Part shown: positions 1 through 12,906 of the stretch, piece after piece
Layout: the number at the start of each line of letters is the position of its first letter
How positions within the stretch are numbered: the first letter of the stretch is position 1
Source: Zancudomyces culisetae HAW-14-8
Taxonomy: Eukaryota > Fungi > Kickxellomycota
Assembly: GCA_052426225.1 (NCBI GenBank)
Contig: JBNJNM010000021.1
Location: 2,728,001-2,792,000, forward strand
DNA length: 64,000 bases
Direction of reading: 5' to 3'
The notes under the pieces: model-generated
The model's database searches: none
What the model saw: only the letters and a program-made list of their open reading frames with translations
What the model was told of the DNA's origin: nothing
Translations under genes and position numbers: made by a program

Positions 1-672
1 CCAAGAAATATTTGGTGTAGATTGTAGAATATCCATCTTTGTAGATTATTTGCGAGTAATTTACGTAGATTATACTGAATATTTGTTGGCAAAATAAACA
101 ACCTGACCAAAATTAGATGCCAAGTGAAGGGAAAATACATCTTGAGAATCACCAAAACCGAAACCCATGTAATATTCATTTCTTAGAGCAAATAAAAAAT
201 AACCAAAAAAGAATAGATCTGCTGAATAGTGCACTGGCAACCTTAAGGTCTCTCTTGATTGGAATTGTATAAGATGAGATGTTTTTTTTATGGTTTGGTT
301 TTATCTGCCAAGAGCACATCTCAGTCAGGTGGTATGATATGTGCCACACACTCCAGCGTAAGCATGATAGTCAATTAATACAACACATTTGGTCGATGTT
401 GAAAAGAATGGCAATTGTTGTGATGTTTATGATGGTCCGATTTTGGTACATGTAGTACTTTATTCTGTATTTACAAGGTTAATCTATATTTTTTGCTAGA
501 TGGATTTATCAAATTAATACCACATAAAACTACAAAAAAAGAATACTGTGTAATATCTACCTAACCAATTCCTTTCTGTCTTTGCTATGAAATCCATACC
601 CACTGAACGTTGGTTCAAGACTACACACAATCAGAAAATAAGCTGATAAAATAACTAGTAGTGTTTATATAG

Positions 673-3600
673 CTATGATAGTTTCATTTTTTTTAATTCC
701 TTCATCTCTTTCTGACAGTATTCAGCCAAGTTTCGGTCATTTAGTTCATTCGCAACCTCAATTACTGATTTCCTGTGAGTACTAGCATCAGCACCATACT
801 TAATCAACAGCTTGATCATCTTCGCATTTTTGTGGTCAATGGCCTCCTTCAGTCCATAATTCTTTTTTAATACCAGATTAGGGTCTCTTTCCAATAGGAG
901 TTTCAGTATTTCTAGATTATTTTTTTTGCAAGCCTCGATTATCCCACTACTTTGTCCCTTTTGTATTCGTGCACCCTTTTCAAATAACAACTTTAGAATA
1001 TTCGGGTTATTGGTAATACATGCATCTAGAATGAAATTGAAAAAACTATTTGCAAGTGTACTGATATACCCCAAAAGAAGCTTAACCGTCTTAATCTTGT
1101 TTTTTTGAATAGCATTTTGAAGTAAAAATGAATAGCTCACAAAATCAGGACGTCTTTTAAATAATAACTGTAGTGTTTCAACATCATCCAGACCAGATTT
1201 TTCTGCAAGACCATATGAAAGTGCATTCATTTGTGCTCCATGTTCCAAAAGTAATTTAATAAGTTGAGTGTTTTTTACTTGGAGTGCTACATTTATAATG
1301 TTAGAGTCATCCTTAGTGCTTAAACCATTCTCCAAAAGCGCCTTTACCACATCAATATTTTCCAATTGCACAGCATATTTCAGTATTTTAGATGCAATGT
1401 TGGAATCAAACTTGTAAGAGAGCAGCAGTTTCAATATTTCAATATTGGTTACAATAGCTGCTGCTATTACTCCATCAAACAGATCGCTATTCTGGATAGG
1501 CTCACCCTTTTCAAGCAATATTTTAGTAATCCTGTATTCTTCGATACCATCAGTGTTTTTGTGACTCAAAAATGAACTATTTTTTAATTCATTTCCCTCA
1601 TTCGACTCTGTGTTTTCCCTTTTTTCCAATACTCCCAAACCATCATAATGCTCAAGAATGATCTTTACCAACCGAACGTCCTCAATTATACACGCACGCG
1701 CTAGTTCGTATTTACAGACATTCCCTAGAGTACTGTTCTTATCTAAAAGATATTCTAATGTTCTTCTGAGACCCAATCTACATGCAATCCTTACTCCATT
1801 CCGTCCTGGGTCACTCAAATCAACTCCATTTTCTACCAGCAGTTTAACCATATCAAAATTACCCAATAGACAGGCCATATTGATACAAGGATATTCTGGA
1901 TTCTTGGGTACCACACCTCCATTCTTTATCCAGTGTTGTAACACCTCGATGCTATTTGATTTACAGGCCTCGTCAAACCCATCCGACCCTCCTTTTAGTT
2001 TTGCACCTTTGCTGATAAAGTAGTTAATCCAACCAATGTCACCTGATTTATATGCTGTTTTCAAAATTAGACTACCAGCTGAACTGATATTCATTCCATG
2101 TTCTGTCAGCAATTTCAGTAATTCGAAGTTTCGGTTGACCAATTCTAACTTTGCCAGCTCGTAATGTCTATCATTCAAAATTTCTACATCATCTCCGTAT
2201 CCTGAATCGCTAGTTTTATTATTTTCAGTGTCTTCGAATGTGCTTTGCAGATCATTTTCAACAATATATTCAATAATTTCAACTAGGTTATCATAACAAC
2301 CTTTTTTAACCGGATTAACATATAAGTCATGTGAAGGGTTTGAAAAATATAGTATACAAGTATCGACAACATCATTTTTCTTTGAATTCATAATTGACAT
2401 TACTCTTTCGTACAAACCCATATGCTTATGAAAATTCTCAAAATCAATATTATTATCAGAATTATGTTGATCATAACCATGACAAGCCCCAATAAGACAC
2501 AGCATTATTTTACCAAATTTCAGTTTCTTTCCAACCTTGTCCTGGCTTCCTGGAGTTTTCATTTCAGTATTATCTATATTCGAGAGCTTTAATAACCGTT
2601 CAGCTATTTCATAATTTTTGATACTACACAGCTTTTCAATAACATTTTGATCTGCTGGCCCAACAGTGGCACCATTTTCCAATAACAAACGTAGTATTTT
2701 TATATCTTTATTATCGATCACATCTTCTATTCCCCTAAGTTCAAGTGATTTTAAATTCGCTCTAGCTTCGGTAAGTAATTTGGCAATTCTAACATCACCG
2801 GTTCTCATCGCCTCGTTTACACAGTAATCACTTATCGTATTTGGATATTTGCTGATAACATCGTGTACTAATTCATAGTCTTTTTTTATTATAGATATTA
2901 ATAGTGCATTTTCATCTAATTCTCCCTCCAGTTTATCACTGAGGTTTAAAAGGATTCTTATGAAATCGAGTTTACCACATTTGCACACCATTTCTGTTAC
3001 TTTTCTAATATTTTCAGAGTTCAACTTAACTTTGGAAAGATATTTCTTGAATAAGCTTTCTCTTCTGTGAAATACGGCTGCATCGAAAAATATTTGTGCG
3101 TGTCTACCGCTAGAGTAATTCTCCTCAAGGAAACTTATCGATTCTTTCCTATCCAACTCAATTGAATAATATACACAGATCGTATAGTTAAACAAATCAT
3201 TCTCTTGGTCATATCCATATTCCCGAATAAACTCACTTAATCCTTCATCTAGCGACACATCATTTATATTAACAATCGATTCTAGCACCTGGAAAGGAAA
3301 ATTAACGTTGAATTCGAAATCCAAAATTCTTTTTAGCCATCCAAGGTTGTTTAGCCCGCAAACTCTACGTGCTGCAGTCAACATACAGCATGTCATAAAT
3401 TTGTTATCAATGCATCTAACATCTCTTCCAACAGAGCTAGATATATCTGGAGGAAACTCAAGCCTAGCGTTACAGATATCTATTAGCATTTGGACATCAC
3501 TTTCCCCAACAATTTCTAACATTTCGCACCTCAAAATGTCTGATGCATCGATTTTGGTTATTATTGGTGCGATATAAATAGAATCAAAAACTCTGATGTC

Positions 3601-4089
3601 TGTTTCCTCTTTTTGTGGTTCATTACTCTGTGAAATGTATTTTCCAATATCAATATCTAGGTATTCATCCTCGTTCATAAATATAGTATTCATGTGTACA
3701 ACCGCAGAAGTACTCTCATCAACTACTACATACATCTTAAGCAGTTTATTTAACACATTCTTCCATCTGTACTTAAATGCCAATCTTAGAGCGGTTTCGT
3801 AGTCCAAACTCTTGATTTTTCTCAAAACCAACGCCCCAATAGCTTCATTCATTCTTATTCTTGTGTATCTGTTGAGTATGTTCTCTAACCTCCATTCAAA
3901 ACTAAATCTGATACTTGATAAGATATGGTTAACAATGTACTTGCTAGCAGTGCTCACTTGTTGTGAAGTATAGTACATATTTTTGTTCAACAGCGATAGT
4001 TGAGGGTTCTGGGCGAGTACAAATATCTTTGACAGAATACTTGACGGAAGTTTGTTGAAAAGGTTGTTGCCGTTATATTTGGTATTCAT
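673..4089 (-). CDS. Ankyrin-repeat protein (1138 aa) with an N-terminal F-box-like motif
   Basis: Intronless ORF with many ankyrin-type repeats (e.g. CINMACLLGNFDMVKLLVENGVDL, LKYAVQLENIDVVKALLENGL, GIIEACKKNNLEILKLLLE). N-terminal LFNKLPSSILSKIF resembles the F-box consensus LPxEILxxIF. Confidence 0.9.
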   Translation of the reverse strand: MNTKYNGNNLFNKLPSSILSKIFVLAQNPQLSLLNKNMYYTSQQVSTASKYIVNHILSSIRFSFEWRLENILNRYTRIRMNEAIGALVLRKIKSLDYETALRLAFKYRWKNVLNKLLKMYVVVDESTSAVVHMNTIFMNEDEYLDIDIGKYISQSNEPQKEETDIRVFDSIYIAPIITKIDASDILRCEMLEIVGESDVQMLIDICNARLEFPPDISSSVGRDVRCIDNKFMTCCMLTAARRVCGLNNLGWLKRILDFEFNVNFPFQVLESIVNINDVSLDEGLSEFIREYGYDQENDLFNYTICVYYSIELDRKESISFLEENYSSGRHAQIFFDAAVFHRRESLFKKYLSKVKLNSENIRKVTEMVCKCGKLDFIRILLNLSDKLEGELDENALLISIIKKDYELVHDVISKYPNTISDYCVNEAMRTGDVRIAKLLTEARANLKSLELRGIEDVIDNKDIKILRLLLENGATVGPADQNVIEKLCSIKNYEIAERLLKLSNIDNTEMKTPGSQDKVGKKLKFGKIMLCLIGACHGYDQHNSDNNIDFENFHKHMGLYERVMSIMNSKKNDVVDTCILYFSNPSHDLYVNPVKKGCYDNLVEIIEYIVENDLQSTFEDTENNKTSDSGYGDDVEILNDRHYELAKLELVNRNFELLKLLTEHGMNISSAGSLILKTAYKSGDIGWINYFISKGAKLKGGSDGFDEACKSNSIEVLQHWIKNGGVVPKNPEYPCINMACLLGNFDMVKLLVENGVDLSDPGRNGVRIACRLGLRRTLEYLLDKNSTLGNVCKYELARACIIEDVRLVKIILEHYDGLGVLEKRENTESNEGNELKNSSFLSHKNTDGIEEYRITKILLEKGEPIQNSDLFDGVIAAAIVTNIEILKLLLSYKFDSNIASKILKYAVQLENIDVVKALLENGLSTKDDSNIINVALQVKNTQLIKLLLEHGAQMNALSYGLAEKSGLDDVETLQLLFKRRPDFVSYSFLLQNAIQKNKIKTVKLLLGYISTLANSFFNFILDACITNNPNILKLLFEKGARIQKGQSSGIIEACKKNNLEILKLLLERDPNLVLKKNYGLKEAIDHKNAKMIKLLIKYGADASTHRKSVIEVANELNDRNLAEYCQKEMKELKKMKLS

Positions 4090-7000
4090 TGTGTTGTAAG
4101 TTGATGTATTCTTATTTTTTTTGCATTAATCTGGGTTTGTTTGTTAGTGTATTAAAGTAATGAATAGATATGAATAGACCCCAAAAGATAGAATCGTGTT
4201 GTATTTATACTGATTTTCTTGATTTTCTTTAACTATTTACCCAATTGTTGAGTGCTAATTTAAATGGATGTTTGCTGCGTAATTTGAAAAAATCAACAAA
4301 AAGATGTCAAATTACTGGCTACTGTTCAGGATTAAACATCAACCCAGAAATTGGTCAACATCCAGTCAAGTAATTATGTTTTATTCGAGATATTCAAGAT
4401 GAATTACCTAATAGATCAAAAAGAATTAAGTCCAATAACCACCTAACCAACCTCTTTTCATCGCTCTAGGGGGTTTATACCCACCAGATGTTGGTTCAAG
4501 CAATAAACTCGCTCAAAACCCGAATTTCTCTAGAATTGTTCAAAAATACACCTACAATACGTTTATTATTACTAAGGCGTGTTAACATCTTTGAGAGTAC
4601 TTCCATTCCAGTAACCCGTTGTCTGACCTCTTTGCTGAACAAACACTCGCCCAAATTGACTAAATATCAATAGAGCTATGTTTGCCACACTACAAGATCC
4701 CGCACAGCTTGATAAAAAACATATCACAACTTTTTTTTCATTCTTGATTCCTATGATTATTACCTCCATCTGTTACCTTTCTCATTTTTTTAAACTGCTT
4801 TTAACCTTGTATTTTAAGTATTAAGATCCGAATAAAAAGTATTCTATTGGTAACGTGTATTGAGCGAGTATGCTCTGATACTCGCCTGTAGCCGGGTTTT
4901 TCATTTGCAAAAAGGATTGATCAGCAATCACTTTAAATGTGCCACGTGGTTTTTCTGGATTCATTACCATATTGGTGGCTCCCGGACGATCACTATCAGA
5001 TGAATATCAGCCTTTATCTTTAGCTTGCTGTTTCCACGCGGTTCTTAGTTTGCGAATAAGACCTACAATGCTTTGATTGAGATTTTAATACTTAAAGTAT
5101 TATAACTTTAACTAGTCTAGCACTATTATGATTCTTTTTTATAACTAAACAAATAAACTATTATCCTAATTTCTTTATATCTTAATTTATCTGGTCTGTA
5201 TCAATAATGCTTTATTTCGTGTAACTTATACTTATAAGCTTTAATTACTAAAATAGCTGTGAAATCCTCATATGAATCTTCATTTCTTAAAATACATTAA
5301 GCCATTTTCGATTTAACTACCATTAACTATGTTTAGCCACTTTATGTATTTCTTGCTTTACTGATCTTAACTTGTGAATTTCTTTTTTTAGTACTTTTAT
5401 CTTCACTATTCTTGTTTGTGTTTATATAAATGAATAAATATATTAATTAAAATAAACTCTTTTTATCTTTTTCCATTTTCTAATATTATGAGATTTAATG
5501 CATATTTTGACTTAATAATTGTTATCATTATTAGCAACTAGGCTTTAAATACTTTTAGTGGGAAATTATAATAATCAAAAGTTGTTAACTTTGTTTTCTC
5601 AACCTCAACTCTGTGTTGCACACTAAACTCGAGTACAGAAATAACCTCTTTTTCCCATCAATTATCAATTCTATTCATTATCTGGTTTCTGATTGACATT
5701 GTATTTGTAGTTTAAAAAATCAACCCACTCATACAGTATGATTTACCTGCTTTATTACTATCCAGAAAAAATATAATTATGTGGGCTTTGTATGGCTGAA
5801 ACCATACCCTAAAAGTAATTCTAATCAAAAAGTTTTATATAAATACTGCTAAACACGTATTCTTTTTTAAAATGCTGATATATTAATCTCACTAAAACTG
5901 GAAATACGCAGTGTCAACATATCAAGAGCTGTATATCTAGTACAATTTTAGTTTCTAGCACTTTTAACAAACAATAATAATGATAATAAAGTAAAATAAA
6001 TGGCTAGAATATAGAAACAACACAATGCTTGGTAATTTCCCCTTTATCATCCTCCCTCTTGCCCACTGTTGTCCTACTACTTCTCGTTGTTTTGGTTGTA
6101 TTGATGACTAAATCTGCTAATTATGTATTCTTTCTTCCTACCTGCTAAAATACTACCTTTCAGGTTAAAAACATATTGTCATGTGATACACACCAGATGG
6201 TCATGCCCATTACCACTCTTTTCTTGAATGTATTAGCTTGACATAGTATATCATTAAACAATACGAAATATCTTTTATTAGTCGATTTATCAACTAGCAA
6301 ACGATAAAACACATCCTTGATAACCATGTAATAAAGCTTAATTTAGAAACCTCTACTGTGATTATTTGCAAATATTATTTGTTTCAAAATGTTTGTGGAT
6401 ATCTACAAACCCCATCAACTCAATCCCAATTTTACAATACTTTTATTTTGCCCTTACCTAGTAGAATAGATTAAAGTAACCGCCTGTAATGTATCTTTAC
6501 TGTATTTATCTTGCAAGTAAATACATAGTGTATCAGAAATATTACAATTCTATATTTCTCTCTTTTTTTTTTGGCTATTCTTAGAGTTTCATATCCTAAA
6601 TCCACTATGTCTGTTTTCACTTTTTTTTTGATTGATGGTAACAAAATATAAAAGTTTATTAAAAAGTGATTACCATTCTTCCAACTACAGTTTTGGCTTT
6701 TGTTTGGTTTGTCTTTATTTTACTTGATTTTACTTTATTACTATTGGGTTCCACAGCTGTAATTACTCACATTCTCAAATGAGATTATTCAAGTAATACA
6801 CTTTTTCTGATGGTATTTATGTAAATCCAAAAAAATCAAAAAGAATACGCACATATCAAAGTGACTGAAAACTGGTATTTAAAAGCATTATACGCAGCAC
6901 AGAGTTTAGGTTTATAGATGGCAGTATGCCGTTTTATTGGAGTATTCACTATCAAACATCAGCCTATCACGACTATTGGTGTGAGAATTCTGGTGTGGTT

Positions 7001-7305
7001 TGAAGTTGATAGATATGAACTGACTTGTATATATACTCAATAAAGGAAAAAAATATTTTTAAAGCCAAGAAATCTTCATATCATAGTTCAACCAATAAAA
7101 ATTGTGAATGGAGGATAGAAGCTGAACCTAGGTTTGCTATAAATATCTAGAGTTGCATCAAAGTGCCAGAATGAACTTCACCAAATATCAGTTATTGACA
7201 AAATCCCCATTTCTTCTAATATACGCACAAAAAAATTATATTAGTATCTAAACCTAATTAGACCAACTTAACCAACTTACGACTGTTACACTAAAAATAT
7301 CAATA

Positions 7306-7803
7306 ATGATTACATACGAATTTGCATTTATATTCTTAGGATTATTGATTCCGGTTATATTCGTATTAAGGGTGATGAAACGCCACAAAGAAGTTGAACA
7401 AATGAAAAAACTAGAAGACGATCTGCGTTTTGCTTTAGAGGATAGACCCATTGTAATGGACACACTTGCCAACCCCACCGTTATTGCATCTAATGACTCC
7501 TTGCCGGCCTATTCACCTCCCGCGCTTAAAAAAGCAGCCATGGAGAGATTCCCGATTGCTAAATATGGTGGTATAGTGGAAAAGGAAAGCCATCCACAAT
7601 TCCAGCGAATCTGTACATTGTGTTCTGGTATCATTCATGAGGGGACTGCAGTGCGTGATCTTCCATGTAGGCACTTTTTCCATGCTCGATGCATAGATTA
7701 TCACCTACTTTCAAGAAGTGGATCCTGTCCAATATGTAATATGAACTTCCACCTAGGTCATAGTGCAATACAAATGCCTGACCCTGCTGTCATCAAGTCG
7801 TAA
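7306..7803 (+). CDS. Single-pass membrane RING-H2 finger protein
   Basis: N-terminal hydrophobic helix (FAFIFLGLLIPVIFVL) followed by basic residues. C-terminal C3H2C3 RING CTLC...LPCRHFFHARC...CPIC. Confidence 0.9.
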   Translation: MITYEFAFIFLGLLIPVIFVLRVMKRHKEVEQMKKLEDDLRFALEDRPIVMDTLANPTVIASNDSLPAYSPPALKKAAMERFPIAKYGGIVEKESHPQFQRICTLCSGIIHEGTAVRDLPCRHFFHARCIDYHLLSRSGSCPICNMNFHLGHSAIQMPDPAVIKS

Positions 7804-9408
7804 TTTTTAATTCATATGGTTGCTATTTTAATATCCCCTATATATTTGTTTAGCTTAGTAAAGTAGTATATTTTATTCTTTACCAGTTAATTTACTTCAG
7901 CTAAAAGTCTGCTTAATCTCTACAAAATAAATTTTAATTACGAGGAAAATGTGCAATGATATCTATGATACGTATTGACTTTTTTTTTGCTTAATTACTC
8001 TTATACACAATAAAGACAATGTTTTAAGCAAATCTGTATACGTACAAAGAAATGATCTTAATCAGCTTTATAACTTTTTTGCTAAGTTGGGTAATTTAGA
8101 GAAAGAAATACAACAAATTTTAGATTGGGTGGTGCCCACTAAAATACTTACCTTGATAATTGCCTTTATCTCATGTAACGCAAAGTAAATTAAGTTGGGC
8201 GTTTTTTCTACACCTTTATATTCCCGAGTGCATTCAACTATTTTTAATTTAGGGTTCTGAGAGTAAATTAAACAAGGTAAAAGCTATTATTGTATACTTT
8301 TTGCAAATAACGTCTAGTATTACAGCATACTAAACAGAATACACAGCCAAACATTTCCCTGAAAAGGCAGAGTAAGGATTCATAATTTTTCAGCAATAAA
8401 AAAGTACGTGTTTGTATGTGGCAACTGTTGTACAAAAAAACATTCCAAACCGTAGTAATCTATTTATTCGCCTAGTGGCTATATTGATAAATGTACTAGT
8501 GTACAAAAATATCAATTTTGTTCTATCACTATATATTTTTTCAGAATATCTCATATGGTTTATTTTAGACGACTTGAAAATTAGCAACCTAACTTGTGAA
8601 ATCATTAGTGTAAACAAAGTTGATTGCTAGTGTTATTGTGTTTATATTAATTACTATCACAAGCTATGAAACGTGTTTATTAGTTTGATTATTTTTGTCT
8701 AGCTCTTTTTTACAATTAAAAAGATGAGGTTCAATCGCTTGTTATTTACAAGTAATGTGGGTGATATCCTTTATATTGGCGTTTTTTCTACCTTTGGTTT
8801 TATTATATTTTGTTGATCAATGTTGTGTTTATTTTTCTAGCAAATATTGCAATTCTAATTCGGATATACGTGGAACAGGGTCAGTCTTTGTTCTTGTAGT
8901 AAAGATATGGCGTATTAGGAACAAAAAACTCAAAAGTTCACGTAAATCCATAAATAGTGAAAAACATGCATTCGATTCGCTAAAAAACTCAAATATATTG
9001 AGGAATCGTAATTCCGGCTATTTATTGGAGCGGGTTTCAATATTATTTTACCTCCTGGAAATTATATAACAATGTCACCACAACTCTATTTTGATCTCTT
9101 ATTAGGCGCTTTTGACATTTTATATAGCTACAACTGGCCTGGGAATTAACGTTGGGAGGAAATCATGCAAAAATAGTGCCTAAATTGTAATTGACGATGA
9201 ATATTTAATTTAGAACGTTAAATCAATGGTTACAGTGAGGTTCACGAATAAATTAGACTTGTGTTCATTTAAACAAGAAAAAACAATCGTGAACCAAGAA
9301 AACTGAAAAAAAATATTTTCACTACTGATGAAACCTAAACTTTTATTCTTTATTTTGATATATTTTGTACATCAAACGTAAAAGATAACGAAGGATAAAA
9401 TAGGAGAA

Positions 9409-10807
9409 ATGATAGGAGACCGTACAGAACCTATGTATATGGGAGTAGAAGCCAAGGCTAAGAATAAGAATAAGGATAAGGATAAGGATAAGGATAAGAC
9501 TAGTGATAAAGACGAGAACAAGAATGAGCTCAACGAATATAGAAGACTTAAAGAAAGTTTAATAGATAAAAAAAACAGACTTAGTATTATATCTAAACTG
9601 AGCGAAGAGAGCGGCTGCTTCAGGGAGTCAAGCATTAGTCAAAGTAGAACCAGAGATAAAAGGGACATCTCAAACACGAAGTATATGGATAAAACCAATT
9701 TCTTTCATGAGCACAAACAAAAAATACGAGTCTCTTACGGTAAACCTGAACACCCCGAATTGAAAAAGAAAACAGAGGACACAGGAGAGGGTAGATCAGT
9801 TGAAGAGTTTTGTGTATCTCTTGAGGAAGTGGCACAGAAAAACAATGAAAAGGGTAGAACCACGATTTCAAAGGCAGATGGAAACAAGTTGTTACAAACT
9901 ACTTGTTTTTCATGCTTCAAAACAACTAAAAATGCCAGTGTGTTAAATAAAGTCAAAAAAGTAGGACTAAAGATTTTTTTAATGGATTTTTTACGCCCTA
10001 AGGATGAGAATACTTCTGTCGATAAGGATAAAGAAAAACAACGTCAAAAAGCGAAGGAAAAAAACAACAAAAGATACTCAACACTAACCCCAAATTCACT
10101 GGGCAGATATTGTAATGGAACTCTAACATGTAGCAGAACAAGAAGAATGTATCATACTGTAAACTTTGGTAATGATAATAGTACCCAAAGGCGTAGAGCC
10201 AAGATGGATTTTTTTAATGATGAGAGTAATCTTGATGGTGTTGATCGTGAGTGTAAGTATTGTTATGAGTTTTCTTTACATTATTTATTAATCAAATTAT
10301 TTTTCAGAGGATCAATACAACAACATAACATACATGAAGTTTAACAACTCGTTTATGTGTAAATAATTAACAAATAATCTAATACTGGTAGCGGAGAGTG
10401 ACGAAACAGTTTCAGAGAGGCGTCCTATCACAACAACTGCCAAAAAGTGTATCTACATTCACAATAATTTGGGTGCTGAGTTTCATGATCATGAGGGCGC
10501 AAACACGTTACGAAAATCACTGGCTCCTAATCAGGACTATGGTGACGATGGTATCGATAGTTTAAGCATATTTGATCATTTAGAACCATTAGAGACAAAC
10601 GAAAGCGAATTTTCTCAAGACCAAAAAGGTATACAAATTATGACTGCTTGTTTTTTTTATGCTTTTAAGTGAAAAAATCTAACAGTAGCACTTTCGTGTA
10701 ATGAAATAGGGATTTTTTCTCCCGAATCCGGGGAGATCCAGAACTGGAACTTATTTTCAGAGAAATACGAAGAGTTTGTGAACAAATGGGGAGTTATTAA
10801 GTGTTGA
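9409..10807 (+). CDS. Hypothetical Lys-rich protein, probably 3 exons
   Basis: 311-codon ORF from 9409. Donor T|GTAAGT near 10255 and acceptor TAG near 10391 join it in frame to the 10469 ORF. A second intron (~10630-10709) leads to a last exon ending ...WGVIKC-TGA. No family recognised. Confidence 0.5.
9461..9500 (+). repeat. Coding hexamer microsatellite (GATAAG/AATAAG)n encoding NK/DK repeats
   Basis: agaataagaataaggataaggataaggataaggataagac read directly. Confidence 0.85.
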
Positions 10808-11218
10808 GTTGTCATCTTAGTATCAAAATGATAGAAAAAGGGTGTATAATGGAAAACCTATTCATGAATATCAGCGAGAAGATAGCAAAAAACCAGTCAC
10901 AAAAGTTTCCAGTAGAGCAGGCTTTTACACATGTAGTATTTTTTACAAATTCTAATTACAGATATAGATATAATAGACGAGAGTCATTTGCCCCACCATC
11001 TCATCCCATTACGAGTGTTGGGCTTTAATAAAGTAGCTGTTCCACAGTGTTGGGAAACAAAATAAAAGGTGTTTATTTAACATCAAGTTCGAGTAAACGA
11101 TAAAAGTCTAATCACTTTGCAATAAAATTTACATTCTGCATTTATTTCCAAGTAAAAAAGGTAGTAAATGATCGAGCATTCAATATAAATATTAACATAC
11201 GACCTCAAAGTGCATTGT

Positions 11219-12567
11219 TTAATCATCAGCCTTGAGTAGGTCCAGGAATCCTGTCTTTGTCATGTTCGCATCTATGTTTTCATTAGTATTTTACACAGTT
11301 TGTTGAGATGGTGATCATTAAAGTGTGATAATGCAGTTTATACTTATATGCAATACAAATGCATATTGACAATACCAAAAATAAACAAGTAGTAAAGAAG
11401 AAAGACTTACACTTATCAGAGTCGCTAGGCTTATTATCAACTTTTGTTACAGTTTCAGGCTTCTGTGCGGTATTTATGGCATTGAACAGCTGGATGACTA
11501 TTGTGTTAGTTATGGTATGTTAGCTTTTCACAAGTATAATTTATATGGGAAAAATAAAAAACCAAAAATAATCATATTTTCCCAACGTACCTCCTCTTGT
11601 TGCTATTTTTCTCAAAGCTTTTTCGTGATTGATCCCTGTAATATCTGGAATCATATGTCCCCTGGCCAGCGCCAATCTTTTCTCTGCTCTGAGCTCGCTC
11701 ATCCTCTTTCTCTTTAATTTTGACTCTTCAAGCAAGTTTTCCGCAGTTCTATTCTTGGCCATAATCGGTGCCTAAAAAAACAAGTAACGCGAATGTGAGC
11801 GCAAGTTGTGATTAGAGTTTCTTTGATGTCAAAATCGCCTTGAGTAATATAATTCAAATTAAAGTATAATTATTGCTTCTTTAAAAAAGCATTAAGCAAA
11901 AATCTGTATAGCTTACGTGGATACTCGATTCAGGAACTTGCTGTGAAAGAATGGCAGATATACCTCCGAAAAACTCGTCAATCGCTACTGTCTTGTTTCG
12001 CTCTATCATATGGGTTCATGTGTATTTAGTATATTTTGTCAGTATATAGTGTACTTTATCAAGACTTTTCTTACTCTTTGTTTTTTGCTTTTTCTTTGGG
12101 TTTATAATCTCTTCTTCGCTGTCTCCTTCTTCCTCAGCCTCCTCCCCACTGTCTCCGCTCATACTCTCAACATCGCTAAACTCGTCATTGGCAACATCAA
12201 ATTCCTCTAAATCATCAAGATTCTCAACTTCTAGCTCTGAATCCTCAGAGCTGTCGTCTTCACTTGATGTTTCTTTTGATTCATCGACTTCTGCCTCCTG
12301 CTGTTCTACCTGCTCGCTTTTCTTTTCTGCTGTCTGTTTCCTTTTTTTATCTTTCTGCAATATGGCGGAATTTTTGTTAATTTCGATACTAACGCTCACA
12401 TTTTTAGATCTATTCTCAGTTTTTAGGGGCTTTTCCTCTTCTGCAAGTGTTTTCTGCTCGGATTTCGCCATGTCTTTGGGGATTTTGCTCATGGTATTTT
12501 CTCTTTTTTCTGTATTTTTTTCGTTTATCATTTCGTCCTTAAACATTTTTGATTTCAGATTCCCCAT
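11219..12567 (-). CDS. RRP15: Ribosomal RNA-processing protein Rrp15, multi-exon
   Basis: Acidic/basic N-terminal exon. Spliced exons give the Rrp15-type motif HEKALRKIATRG|VIQLFNAI and the C-terminus ANMTKTGFLDLLKADD-stop (TAA at 11219-11221). GT-AG introns visible. Confidence 0.85.
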
Positions 12568-12906
12568 TGTAAGTATTTCTCTCCCCTCTTAAATACGTAT
12601 TAATATTCTAACCTTGGTACGAACCTTTTCAAAGATCACTTTTTTTCCCCGTTGCGCTAACTTGATTTTTCTCCAGTTCTTATTAACAAAAAAATTTTTT
12701 TTTTGGATCTATTGGTAGTTTGAGCCAACTAAGTGAAGAAAAAAAAATTACAAGGAAACAAAAAAAAAATCTATGTGCTGGAACTAGTAGCACAAATACT
12801 ATTAGCCTAAAAACTTTATACAAATTTAAAAATGAACGATCAAAATCACCTGATAGCCTTTCTTTTGTCAACAACTCTATAGTACCATTGAAGTAAGTAC
12901 TGTTAT

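Noticed and set aside
1-130. Weak similarity to the region upstream of the ankyrin gene (~4270-4360), suggesting a tandem paralog or terminal repeats
   Set aside because: Matches are short and AT-rich, with no target-site duplication or transposase.
4885-4995. Minus-strand GTCCGGG ... AAAACCCGGCTAC resembling the RNase P RNA P4 helix
   Set aside because: The GGAAAG part of the motif is missing and the spacing (~100 nt) is too short.
8144-8300. ATACTTACCTT resembling the 5' end of U1 snRNA
   Set aside because: No U1-70K loop (GATCAC), U1A loop or properly placed Sm site follows. It is better explained as a minus-strand 5' splice site or chance.
10799-10835. Cys-TGA ending as a possible selenocysteine codon (some early-diverging fungi use Sec)
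   Set aside because: The protein is not a redox family, readthrough adds only a few residues, and no SECIS-like element was recognised.
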